Positions 10,011 through 20,055 are shown, numbered from the stretch's first letter. The stretch is DNA of 64,000 nucleotides from Myxococcota bacterium (GCA_036337435.1 JAYZEG010000028.1:32001-96000), one strand, 5' to 3'. Notes: generated by a model from the letters alone, not told the origin. Numbers and translations: made by a program.

Positions 10011-10475
10011 TTAACCGTCTAAGTTGAGTAGGGTACCTTTTGGCAAATCGCCGTCCTCGCTATAACCCTTCAGGCGGTCTACCATTTCCAAGAATTCCAT
10101 GGGAGGTATTTGACGGGTCACCTCTTTTCCATTTCTTTCCTCAGTGATGGTCATGGTCACTCGCCCAGAACCGGAATCAAATCCAAAATGAACGGATCGA
10201 TTCTTAGCTCTAAGGACTGACTCAGCAATGGCGTTTGCCTGTTCTACCTCTCGCGTCACGAGAGCTGGATCGACTGACGACATTGCAACCGCCTCAAGTC
10301 CACTCTCCGGACCTGGGGTTCCAAGGGTTTGAGCAACTTGCTCTCCTTTTGGTGCTTCTACTTTACTTACGGCAGCGGTTGTCTCTTGCGATTGACCGCG
10401 GCGTCCGGGTGACTCTCCGACCGATGACGGACGGATCGGTTGACCCGCATACGCCTGATAAACATTAATGGCCAT
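10011..10475 (-). CDS. flaG: FlaG family protein
   Basis: NRSVHFGFDSGSGRVTMTI..EVTRQIPPMEFLEMVDRL..GTLLN. Directly downstream of a flagellin. Confidence 0.85.
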   Translation of the reverse strand: MAINVYQAYAGQPIRPSSVGESPGRRGQSQETTAAVSKVEAPKGEQVAQTLGTPGPESGLEAVAMSSVDPALVTREVEQANAIAESVLRAKNRSVHFGFDSGSGRVTMTITEERNGKEVTRQIPPMEFLEMVDRLKGYSEDGDLPKGTLLNLDG

Positions 10476-10542
10476 ATTATCACCTCTCTCGATCTGTGGA
10501 TGCCATCACCTAATTGGTGTACTGGTCTCCTCGATCGTCTTC

Positions 10543-11985
10543 CTAAGCAAGCAACGCCAGAGCGATCTGAGGTTGCTGATTGGCCTGTGCCAAAACCGAA
10601 ATACCAGCCTGCTGAATGATCTGATTCCGTGAGAAATCAGCCGTTTCAACGGCGAAGTCAGCGTCTCGAATTCGACTTCGAGCAGCCGTTACATTTTCGG
10701 CAGCAACAGAGAGGTTGTTGACCGTTGATTCAAGACGATTTTGAGTGGCACCCAACTCGGCTCGAATACCCGACACTTGCTTGATCGCAACATCGGCGAT
10801 ATCGATTGCTCGGTTTGCGCCTTCTCTTGTCGTCACGTCTATCGTGCCAACAGCGTTGTTTGCATTCACCCCGAAGAGTTGTTGGGCTGCAGCAAAACCA
10901 AGTTTTGTTGCCCCACCGACATTTCCTGTCAGGCTGAATTGCTCCTCCGATTGGAGAGTGATACGACCACCGGTCACAAACGTACCAGCTCCACCACCCA
11001 GACCACCGATTGCAGCCCCCGCCATGGTGACTTCGATGTTTCGACCATCTTCAGCGGTCAACTCCAATCGATTGTCCTGGTTTAAGCTCGCGACAACACC
11101 AGTATCATCCGTCGCCGCATTAATGGCATTGACGAGCGTATCTGTTGCATCGTTGGCTTCGACCCGGAAACCGGTAATCATTGCGCCGTTGATAGTAAGG
11201 TTGGTGGTTGAATCTAGCGTGACGGCACCGATATCAGCAGTACCCACGACGATCGTGTCGTCTACGATTGCCCGAACGCCCGAGAACTCGGTCGCATCAT
11301 TGATCGCAGCCGCCTTTGCAAGTGCAGATGCAGCATTGAGTGTTGTTGATAAGGCATCGTCAGCTGCATTTGTCGCTCGAATAGTGACACCGTTGAAAAC
11401 AATGTCATTTTGTTGGAGCGCATCCGCTGCTGCAGCCACCGTGATGTCTGTTGTACTCGACTCGCGAACTTGGCGTCCAAGGCTCGAAGCACGTGCATCT
11501 TTGATCGACACTGTGATGGTATCATCCGCGTTAGCGCCAATATGAAACTTGGCGCCGATGAATGAACCGTCTAGAACTGTCTGGTTGTTGAATGTTGTTT
11601 TTTCAGCAATCCGATCCAGTTCTGTCACAAGCGCATCAACTTCTTGTTGCAGTGACGTTCGATCAGTTTCGGTGTTTGTATCATTCGCTGACTGAACAGA
11701 CAGCTCACGGATACGCTGTAGAAGCGACGTACTCTCAGCCAAGCCACCTTCAGCGGTTTGTGCCAACGAGATACCGTCGTTTGTATTACGGATAGCCTGA
11801 TTAATGCCTCTGACCTGAGCGGTCATGCGGTCTGAGATACCCAAACCAGCAGCATCATCTTTAGCAGAGTTGATCCGAAGACCAGAAGAAAGACGCTCAA
11901 AAGAACGCCCGAGTGAACGATTAGCACCGTTCACGTTTCGCTTCGCGTTAAGCGACGCGATATTTGTATTAACGTATAGACCCAT
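10543..11985 (-). CDS. fliC: Flagellin paralog 2
   Basis: Conserved flagellin termini. MGLYVNTN start at 11985 with AAGGAG SD. Confidence 0.97.
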   Translation of the reverse strand: MGLYVNTNIASLNAKRNVNGANRSLGRSFERLSSGLRINSAKDDAAGLGISDRMTAQVRGINQAIRNTNDGISLAQTAEGGLAESTSLLQRIRELSVQSANDTNTETDRTSLQQEVDALVTELDRIAEKTTFNNQTVLDGSFIGAKFHIGANADDTITVSIKDARASSLGRQVRESSTTDITVAAAADALQQNDIVFNGVTIRATNAADDALSTTLNAASALAKAAAINDATEFSGVRAIVDDTIVVGTADIGAVTLDSTTNLTINGAMITGFRVEANDATDTLVNAINAATDDTGVVASLNQDNRLELTAEDGRNIEVTMAGAAIGGLGGGAGTFVTGGRITLQSEEQFSLTGNVGGATKLGFAAAQQLFGVNANNAVGTIDVTTREGANRAIDIADVAIKQVSGIRAELGATQNRLESTVNNLSVAAENVTAARSRIRDADFAVETADFSRNQIIQQAGISVLAQANQQPQIALALLA

Positions 11986-12304
11986 TTTGTTCGCTCCTTG
12001 AAACAAATGCGGAATAGCTTTCCTTAGCCATTCCCGAAAACACCACCCATGGTGTTTTCAACCCCCAAAGGCAGACCCTCTGCCAGTTCGGGGAGCGTTA
12101 TTAACGAATCCTTACCCCTAAGGAATCGCTTGGGTGCCGACTTTCGTCGGCCTATGTAGTTTTTCTACCGTACCGTTGTTTAGACACTAACTGCCGACAC
12201 TACCCCTGCGTCCGTCCAGCGAAACAACCTAACCTCCAATCAAGCCCATGTTAGGGCCAATGGTTTGAAGTATGTTTGGAAACAGTTGCTTGCCTCCACC
12301 CACG

Positions 12305-12331
12305 ACATCGGACATCCCCGACAAAACTTGA
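12305..12331 (-). promoter_or_regulatory. Sigma-28 promoter of flagellin 2-flaG
   Basis: Minus strand TCAA-N15-TCCGATGT, with boxes identical to the 9662-9688 promoter. Confidence 0.85.
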
Positions 12332-12501
12332 AAAAAAAATGATATTTTTTCGAAGTTTTTTTGTTTTTTGTTTAATTACAGGCGTTTGCGGTTTTCATAT
12401 GGGCGGTTTATCTGGCTTCATGCGTCTGCGATACGCGCAGAATTTAAAAAATTAATGATAGGTTGTCGGGAGGGGGGGCTGAAGAGCCAAAAGAGGTCGA
12501 A

Positions 12502-12536
12502 GGACCCGAGATAATATGCGCAATTATCTCGGATCC
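12502..12536 (-). terminator. Terminator-like hairpin after flagellin 3
   Basis: CCGAGATAAT/ATTATCTCGG stem extended by GGA/TCC with a minus-strand G-U pair. Confidence 0.55.
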
Positions 12537-12664
12537 CCCTATTTTTTTTGCAGTCTTGGTCACCCACTCTAGCGCGTGAGACCGACTACCTTAGTTGAGG
12601 TGCCTCGTCACTCAGCGACCCGCCGCGATTCGGATCGATGCTGAAAGACGAGATACCTTATTTA

Positions 12665-14104
12665 TTAACCGAGCAACTGAAGAACGTTGTTCGGTGCTTG
12701 GTTCGCTTGGGCAAGAATTGAGATACCTGCATTTTGCAAGATCTGATTTCGAGCCATCGATGCTGTCTCGGTTGCAAAGTCCGCATCTTGAATACGGCTT
12801 CTTGCTGCAGAGACGTTTTCTTGTGTCGCACTGAGATTGTTGACCGTAGATTGAAGACGGTTCTGAACCGCACCAAGGTCACTCCGAATGTCCGACACCT
12901 GAGCGATAGCAACGTCGAGAATTTGGAGGGCGACATTCGCACCCTCCCGACTTGTCACATCAATGGTGTCGACAGCGAAGTCACTGTTGGTTCCGAGTAG
13001 TGTATCACCACCAGCCGGGTCGGCACCTAGGCCCAACTTTTCGACACCAGCGTCAGTCTGAGTCATGAAGATAGCCTCTTCTGACTGTAAGGTGACCGTA
13101 CCAGCCTGAACCTGGTTGCCTGCAGCAAAACCGAGGTTTGTCGCGAGACCATTCACTGTCAGCTCAATGTTACGACCATCTTCAGCTTCAAGTGTCAGCT
13201 GAAGGTTTTCATCCAGTCGAGCGATCACACCCGTTTCGTTAGAGAAAGAGTTAATCGTATCGATCAGTGCATTGTTTGCATCATCATCTTCAACGCGGAA
13301 ACCGGAGATGACCGCACCGTTGATGATCATATAGTTTGTGCTGTCCAAAGTAACGGCACTGAGCGGATTGAGGTCCGCGACAAATTCCGTTTTGCCAACG
13401 GTGGCAGTCACACCAGTGTAAATGGACATATCGTTTATTGCGGCAGCCTTTGCGATTGCAGACCCTGCAGCAAGCGATGTACTCACAGTATCATCACTGG
13501 CGACGGTGCCACGAATGGTTGTCGAGTTTAAGACCAGGTCACCATTGTCGAATGCCTCGGCATTCATGGTACCACCATCGTAGCGCGCTTGACGTCCAAG
13601 GATGTTCGCTCGAGCGTCCATAGTTTTAATGGAAATCGTATCATTCGATTTGTAGCCGATATGAAACTTCGATCCTGCGAATTCTCCATTGAGCACTTTC
13701 TGGTCATTAAAACGCGTCGTTTGGGCGATGCGGTTTATCTCTTCGATGAGATTCGTTACTTCCAGTTGAATGGCTTCACGGTCCGACAGCGTGTTGGTGT
13801 CACTCGCTGCTTGGATGGACAGTTCACGCATACGCTGCAAGATTGCGCCGGTTTCATCTAGCGCGCCTTCAACGGTCTGCGCCAAAGAAATACCATCATT
13901 GGTGTTCCGAACCGCTTGATTCAAACCTCTGATTTGGGATGTGAATCGTGTTGCGATAGCCATACCGGCGGCGTCACCTCGAGCTGAATTAATTCGCATA
14001 CCCGATGACAGCCGTTCGAACTGTCTTTCGAGTCCACGAGTTGAGCCATTCAAGTGGCGTCTAGCATTTAATGAAGCAGTATTAGTGTTTACAAAAAGTC
14101 CCAT
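12665..14104 (-). CDS. fliC: Flagellin paralog 3
   Basis: RLSSGMRINSARGDAAG, LGAVQNRL, SRIQDADFA. Confidence 0.97.
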   Translation of the reverse strand: MGLFVNTNTASLNARRHLNGSTRGLERQFERLSSGMRINSARGDAAGMAIATRFTSQIRGLNQAVRNTNDGISLAQTVEGALDETGAILQRMRELSIQAASDTNTLSDREAIQLEVTNLIEEINRIAQTTRFNDQKVLNGEFAGSKFHIGYKSNDTISIKTMDARANILGRQARYDGGTMNAEAFDNGDLVLNSTTIRGTVASDDTVSTSLAAGSAIAKAAAINDMSIYTGVTATVGKTEFVADLNPLSAVTLDSTNYMIINGAVISGFRVEDDDANNALIDTINSFSNETGVIARLDENLQLTLEAEDGRNIELTVNGLATNLGFAAGNQVQAGTVTLQSEEAIFMTQTDAGVEKLGLGADPAGGDTLLGTNSDFAVDTIDVTSREGANVALQILDVAIAQVSDIRSDLGAVQNRLQSTVNNLSATQENVSAARSRIQDADFATETASMARNQILQNAGISILAQANQAPNNVLQLLG

Positions 14105-14265
14105 AATTATTCACTCCTTGAAATTAATAGCGGTCAACCCTGACCACCATTTCTTCAATGATTCGTTTAGATAAGGTTCAGCGGCGAAGTAACCGCCAAC
14201 AATTAAAGTCCCATTCACACCACCGTGAACGGTGGGCATCGATATGTTTTCGATGCATGTTCGAT

Positions 14266-15258
14266 TCATGAATCTACCTCCACCGTTGGTGGCCCATCAC
14301 GGGCAGTTCTAATTGCAGGACCGCGTGTCACCATCGTCTTGGCAACACCCTTGGATCCTGGATTAAGGCGTCTCACAACCTTTTGGGTTGCTCTGCGAGG
14401 CACCTTAGGCCTTATCATCTGCATCCGCGGTCTGGCGTCGCCTGACTCACTGGATGTACGTCTGTTTAAATTGACCGCGACACGCTGTGTTTCATCATCC
14501 CTCTGGATGTAGAGAATGGCTGATTCAGTCCAACATCTTAGCTGTCCATATCGGTCACTCTCTTTTTCCACTGACACCTTCGGTGGTCTCAGAATGCGCG
14601 GTCTCAAAATTCTCGTTTCTCGGTTCTCATTTTCGGGTTTGCTCACTGAGTCACTGTCGCAAACAAACTCCGTTGCGCAGCAACCGTACTTCCAACGTAA
14701 CGACTTATCATCGGTCGTCAGGCTAGCAATCGGCTCTGGCGGAGACCCCCTCGTCAGTCTGATACTTTTCATGCGGTGAGCATTTGCTTGCTCCGCATAA
14801 CCAGCAGACGAAATCGTTTGATTACACTTTGGTGGACCGGCTCCCGAACCACCCGTCGAGCAGTAATCGTTTTCTTCCCTTGCTGTATCCATGTCTTCCC
14901 GACGCTGGCGCCGCCAATGTCGACCTTCATGGTCATTAAATATCCGATGCAATCGGTCTGTATGACGTGAGCGCATCGAACCACGTTGTTTTTGGCCGAG
15001 TCGCAAGGTCCGTCTGGGCCTCGACTCGGAACGAACCAGGCGTCTCGCCCGCTCCGCTGAATCGGCCTCGGCTTGCGCGACGACCCCAAAGAATTCACCT
15101 AACTCCGTATCGCCATAGGCTTGGACAAGGTTTGCATCTAAGGTCACTGCAATCTCATGCAGCTTTCGCCACCCTGTTGGGACTCCGGGCTTTTCCCGCC
15201 TTCGGGGTGCCTTCGCAGGCCGAAGCATTTTTTGCGGTTGTCTAGCTAAGTTATTCAT
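14266..15258 (-). CDS. Arg-rich unrecognised ORF (330 aa) between flagellins 4 and 3
   Basis: ATG lies 8 nt after the flagellin 4 stop with a GGGGG SD-like run. No recognisable motif. Overlies a hairpin-rich sequence. Confidence 0.4.
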   Translation of the reverse strand: MNNLARQPQKMLRPAKAPRRREKPGVPTGWRKLHEIAVTLDANLVQAYGDTELGEFFGVVAQAEADSAERARRLVRSESRPRRTLRLGQKQRGSMRSRHTDRLHRIFNDHEGRHWRRQRREDMDTAREENDYCSTGGSGAGPPKCNQTISSAGYAEQANAHRMKSIRLTRGSPPEPIASLTTDDKSLRWKYGCCATEFVCDSDSVSKPENENRETRILRPRILRPPKVSVEKESDRYGQLRCWTESAILYIQRDDETQRVAVNLNRRTSSESGDARPRMQMIRPKVPRRATQKVVRRLNPGSKGVAKTMVTRGPAIRTARDGPPTVEVDS

Positions 15259-15266
15259 CAGACCCC

Positions 15267-16688
15267 CTAACCCAACAACTGCGTTGCAAGCTGCGGGCTT
15301 TGGTTTGCCTGCGCTAGAATGGAAACACCCGCCTGCTGCAAAACTTGCCCTCGTGCCAGCATGGCGGATTCGACTGCGAAATCAGCATCGACAATACGGC
15401 TGCGCGCCTGTGATGCATTTTCAGAAATATTGGCTAAGTTATTCGCCGTTGATTCCAATCGATTGAGTAATGCACCGTAGTCAGACCTGTCTTTGGATAG
15501 CTGTTCGAGTGCCCTGTCCACGATTGTAATGGCATTATTGGCACCGGCACGGTCTAGAACATTGACTGTGGAGACCGATGCCAGCGAGTCAACACCGACG
15601 ATTTGCTCTCCGGTCAAACCAAGATAGTCAACCTGGCCACCGCTCACTCGGAACTGTTCGCCAGACGAAAACTCCAGCGATCCCGTCGAAACCCCGGATG
15701 TCAAGCCAGTGACCGCTGTAGCAGCAGCGTCCGAGACATTGACTTCGATGTTTCGCCCGTCCCCAGCTGTTAGAATGAGCCGGGAGTTTTCGTCGTAACT
15801 CGCGAGCACGCCTGTTCTATCTGCGACCGCATTGATCTGATTTTTGAGTTCATGATCTGCGTCATCGACTGCGACATCGAAGGTCGTTAATGTCACGCCG
15901 TTGATTTCGATAAAAGAGGTATTCGTGAGCGACCCCCCCGCGATGTCAAGGTCGGTTCTTGCCTCTGTAGCTAACACACGAGCCGATACCCCTGTGTAGT
16001 TCGTGGCATCATTTATAGCCGCTGCTTTTGCAATTGCGGAGCCCGCTGCAAATGAGGTCGACAATTGGTCATCTGCCGCGGAGGTCGTTCGAATTGTAAT
16101 TGAATTGATTAAGATGTCGCCGCCGTTTTTACTCAATGCATGCGTTGAGACGACGGCAGTCTGCTTGATCGCTGACCGACCGAGTGCCTTGGCATGAGCA
16201 TCTCGTACATTAACTTCGACTACATCATCGGCTTTTGCGCCGACATGGAAATAACCTTGCATGAAGTCGCCACTCAGCACCTTCTTGTCATTGAAGAGGG
16301 TCGTGTCGGCGATTCGGTCAAGTTCCCTTATGAGACTTTGGATCTCAAAGTTGATCGATTGTCGATCTTGTGTCGTGTTGATATCATTGGCCGCTTGCAC
16401 AGACAGCTCACGCATGCGCTGCAATAAGGCCATTGATTCTTGTAAAGCACCTTCTACGGTCTGCACGAGCGATATGCCATCATTCGTGTTACGGACAGCC
16501 GTATTTAGACCACGGATTTGTGCTGTAAATCGTGTAGATATTGACAACCCGGCCGCATCATCTTTAGCACTATTGATACGCTTGCCGCTTGCAAGCCGTT
16601 GGAACGAACGATCCAACGCTTTCGTGCTATAGTTGAGCGACCTTTGAGTGTTCAAAGATCTCACGTTCGTATTAACGAACATACCCAT
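15267..16688 (-). CDS. fliC: Flagellin paralog 4
   Basis: RLASGKRINSAKDDAAG, YGALLNRL, SRIVDADFA. Confidence 0.97.
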   Translation of the reverse strand: MGMFVNTNVRSLNTQRSLNYSTKALDRSFQRLASGKRINSAKDDAAGLSISTRFTAQIRGLNTAVRNTNDGISLVQTVEGALQESMALLQRMRELSVQAANDINTTQDRQSINFEIQSLIRELDRIADTTLFNDKKVLSGDFMQGYFHVGAKADDVVEVNVRDAHAKALGRSAIKQTAVVSTHALSKNGGDILINSITIRTTSAADDQLSTSFAAGSAIAKAAAINDATNYTGVSARVLATEARTDLDIAGGSLTNTSFIEINGVTLTTFDVAVDDADHELKNQINAVADRTGVLASYDENSRLILTAGDGRNIEVNVSDAAATAVTGLTSGVSTGSLEFSSGEQFRVSGGQVDYLGLTGEQIVGVDSLASVSTVNVLDRAGANNAITIVDRALEQLSKDRSDYGALLNRLESTANNLANISENASQARSRIVDADFAVESAMLARGQVLQQAGVSILAQANQSPQLATQLLG

Positions 16689-17813
16689 TTTCTAACTCCA
16701 TGAAAAACCAAGAACGTTACCGCTCAAGGCTGGGCATCCTTGCCCAAAAAACGCTTGATAAGTTTTGGATGCACTCCGAGTGTTGTGACCGATCGATCCG
16801 CAAGCGCGCGTTCATAGGAATCTACGAATTCACACGGATGACCTGTCACCGGACTACAGACCTAACTCACCAAATTTACTCAACAGCTGTTACCAACTGT
16901 TCCGAGGGTGTCGACCGAAGTCGACATGAGCTAAGTTCCCACAACTTGCCCATCGTGCGTCCGGCGCACGACCCTCTAAAATCAACAAGACCCACTGTTT
17001 GTTGGCATCAGAGAAATACCAACCATGTCCAACACAGTTCCTTGAGACTCATAAAAACCCTGCTCAAAGACCGTAACTACACTCAGTAGTCGGACATGTT
17101 TTGTTAACTCCGTGACTCAACAAACAGACCTAGTCGCTTAATAGGCAGTTGTCAGCTTGCCTATAGCGTTACAATCGTATCACTTACCCTTCCAGCCTAA
17201 ACACGTAGGCATTTTCAAAACTCTCTTCGTCAATTTCGCTGACCAGCATGTATTTGCAATACACAGTGGTGAGCGCGTACCGGTTTCTCACAACATCGGT
17301 GACCTATGCTGTCGCACGGACAGGTCTTAACCTCGTTGCTCGACAGTTTTGACCCCCCGGCCAAACTGACTTCGAGCAAGGGTAAAAAATCCCCGCTGAC
17401 ATCTGTTTAAGGTCATCCCGATGGTTCAAAACCGACCTCCACTTCCGCCCATCCCCCCTGGGACGGGCTGCTGACGATGGTGTCAATCCATCGACAATCA
17501 ATCCTTGTCATTCCCGGCAGGTGCGGTCTTTGCCTGACCCGCTGTGTCCTGCCATCGGTACCCGGTGTGAGTCGTTCCCAACCCACAGAGTAAAAATCAT
17601 TTTGTCGCACTAACCCGGACTCGCTAGGCGGTCTATGCACGCCCGTCAGAGTCAATGGTTTATTCTTTCGATAGCGTTCGAAAAACCGCGTCACTTGAAC
17701 TATTCCGTTTGCTACTTCCAGAGCTTTGACACCGGAGGAAAACGCTTCCCAAGGGTGGCCATCGGCTCGTCGTCCTGGCCGCTTCACGACCCTTCCTTTG
17801 CTTACGACTGTCT

Positions 17814-19736
17814 TCACGGCGCAGAACTCCTGTTGACAGAGTTCCATTCGCCTCGGCGACGCGTTCCGTGCAGATAATCTGGGCTGACTGTGCCTCTGTT
17901 CCGTGACAGACGGCAGTCGTTGTCAGTGACTGGTCTAGACGGACCTGTCTTCGTCCATCTACTCACCGAGCAAACCCTGACCTGTCGACCACTTTGCATC
18001 ACGTAGTGGCCATCGCCTGCGTCGTCTTGCAAGCAACCGACAGTGGGTTTCGACCGCTGACCTACACATGCCCCGTTTCTATATTCCATGGGCACGGCGG
18101 GGCGTGTAGAGGCGTGCCATTGTCTGAGCGTTACCTCGAGTTTGTCACCCTTGTTGAGCAGACAATGGTCCCATTCAGTCAGGGGCAGCCAGATCGAGTC
18201 CATAAGACCGGGCTCTGCAACAGTGCGACCTGAAAGCATGTGAGCTCCGATTAGCCTAAAAGACGTCCAACGATGTTGCGCGTTGTACATGCCTTTATCC
18301 CATCGTATTGGTGTCAAAGGACCGACGGGTGTGCGCAGTATGGAGTCCCTGTTTTTGTCAATTGGTCCATTGGTTGGTGCATCATCACCATCAGTGGACG
18401 TCTTGTTTAGGCGACCGAGCCAGAACCGTGCTTTGGAGGGGGACTCATCCCCGAGGCTCCTCGGTCGTCTGCTCCTACGACAATTGATGCATCCAGGACA
18501 TGCTCCGGCCTGCGCAGTCGAACTGAGAGTCGATATGGGGTCTCTTATGGACCCGCCGACGACGGTTTTGCTCAAATCTATATCTCGCCAACGGTCGTGC
18601 TGCAGTTGCCTTTCAGGTTTGTGTTTTGCAGGCGGCAAAAAGCCATCCATTTTTATACAGTTTCGATCATCGAATCGTTTTTTCCGTATGGGCTTGGTCG
18701 TACCGCGCAATGGTCGTCCAAGCGATGAACAATCGTTCCTTAGATTCGCTCCTGGGTGTTCGTTTATACCGCTCGAGCTCACTCCTGCTTTAAACCTGCC
18801 CCGATAAACGTCAAACGGGGTCTTAAACCGTCTAAATTGAGATGGGAGCCGGCTCATATGGAGTGGTCCTGGTTTGAAGTCTTCCGACAAACGTCCCTTG
18901 GTCAATGGTTTTACTGGAGGGGGCTCGTTTCCCAGCGTCCCTGCAGGCGTCCACAAGTGCAGGTTTTCCGCACTCTTTGCTGTGACATGACCAGCGCGAA
19001 TGATGGCTCCATCTCTTTGATCTTGCTCCGGGAGTCCGTTTGTAGCTCGGTTACCAGAGCCTGTTTTCCCTGCCGTGAGCAACCGAGGTTGTCGTTCGCA
19101 TCCTTGTCTGAAGTTCGCTAGGGGTTGACTGCTCGCACAATCGCCGAGACCAATTGCGTTGGCCGCGACCCCAAATACATCTGTCACTGCTCCCTGGTTA
19201 TCCTTGTTGTTGAAGACATCAAGGCACTTGCCAGTACGAGAATCAGAGTTTTCGATACAGAGTTGGCTTCCATAGAAACCCTGCTCGGGTATGGTCGACT
19301 CGCGGAGCTCCGTTCGGTCTAACTCCTTGACAGAGGGTTGGACCGAGTTCGTCAAAACTGGTGGTCCATAAACGCCCTCTCGTTTTCTCCAAAGCCTGAG
19401 CTTATTACCTGCTGAGTACGGTGATACCTCGATATTGAAAAGTGAATTGGACAGTTGGTTCTCATCTTTGTTGTGAGCCGATAATCGTGTCCGCTTCAAG
19501 TATGTGTAACCAGCAACAGCTTTGCCGGTAAGCTCCGCTGGGCGATCGGCACGATGACTGCTGCTGAATGCCAACCTTCCTGTGATCGAGTGTTCCGATG
19601 ACACGAAGTGAGCAGTCGAGTAAAGTGGCTCCTCGATGCTTAAATCAAGGGCCTTTAACTCAAACTTGAGCTGGCTTGATTTTTCCTGTTGTCGTTTCAT
19701 CTTATCTAAACACTCTTCTATTGTTCGGTCACTCAT
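17814..19736 (-). CDS. Unrecognised ORF (640 aa) between flagellins 5 and 4
   Basis: 640 stop-free codons with no long opposite-strand gene to explain them. Low-hydrophobicity, R/S/G/P-rich composition and no recognisable domain. Confidence 0.45.
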   Translation of the reverse strand: MSDRTIEECLDKMKRQQEKSSQLKFELKALDLSIEEPLYSTAHFVSSEHSITGRLAFSSSHRADRPAELTGKAVAGYTYLKRTRLSAHNKDENQLSNSLFNIEVSPYSAGNKLRLWRKREGVYGPPVLTNSVQPSVKELDRTELRESTIPEQGFYGSQLCIENSDSRTGKCLDVFNNKDNQGAVTDVFGVAANAIGLGDCASSQPLANFRQGCERQPRLLTAGKTGSGNRATNGLPEQDQRDGAIIRAGHVTAKSAENLHLWTPAGTLGNEPPPVKPLTKGRLSEDFKPGPLHMSRLPSQFRRFKTPFDVYRGRFKAGVSSSGINEHPGANLRNDCSSLGRPLRGTTKPIRKKRFDDRNCIKMDGFLPPAKHKPERQLQHDRWRDIDLSKTVVGGSIRDPISTLSSTAQAGACPGCINCRRSRRPRSLGDESPSKARFWLGRLNKTSTDGDDAPTNGPIDKNRDSILRTPVGPLTPIRWDKGMYNAQHRWTSFRLIGAHMLSGRTVAEPGLMDSIWLPLTEWDHCLLNKGDKLEVTLRQWHASTRPAVPMEYRNGACVGQRSKPTVGCLQDDAGDGHYVMQSGRQVRVCSVSRWTKTGPSRPVTDNDCRLSRNRGTVSPDYLHGTRRRGEWNSVNRSSAP

Positions 19737-20055
19737 CCGAGCGACCCCGTCTATACAAAGTTGTTCTTACGTTTGGACCGTTGTTTCCGACTCTTCGACC
19801 TGCCCATGGCGTGCGATAGCGAGCGTTTTTTGACTCGCTATCCGCCACAAACTCCCAGGCGTTTCTATCTTTCTCCATCACAGAAGGAGGAGGGGAGTCG
19901 CTGCCTGGGCGTTTTTTCAGTCTCGTGTCTTCAAAGTGGTCATCCTTAACCGACCTACTCGGGACCGTCTCCACCCGCCCGGGACAGAGAGCAGTCCGTT
20001 ATAGGGTCTCAAGTAGCGTCTTCTAGAACGCCACCTGAGACGTCTACCCGTCCTA

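Noticed and set aside
10745..11545. 266-aa plus-strand ORF and similar antisense ORFs across the window
   Set aside because: In-register shadows of well-supported genes on the opposite strand.
9209..11890. About 40 nt of near-identity between flagellin 1 and 2 5' regions as gene conversion or phase variation
   Set aside because: It falls in the most conserved coding motif, and no invertible repeats or local recombinase were seen.
18423..18459. Minus-strand GAGCC...CGGTTC resembling group II intron domain V
   Set aside because: The lower stem breaks after 5 bp, there is no GNRA loop or AC bulge geometry, no domain VI, and no RT motifs in the ORF.
17814..19736. 640-aa ORF as RdRp, reverse transcriptase or transposase (contains GDD)
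   Set aside because: The GDD lies in a polar context without flanking hydrophobic strands or other polymerase motifs. No DDE pattern or terminal repeats were seen.
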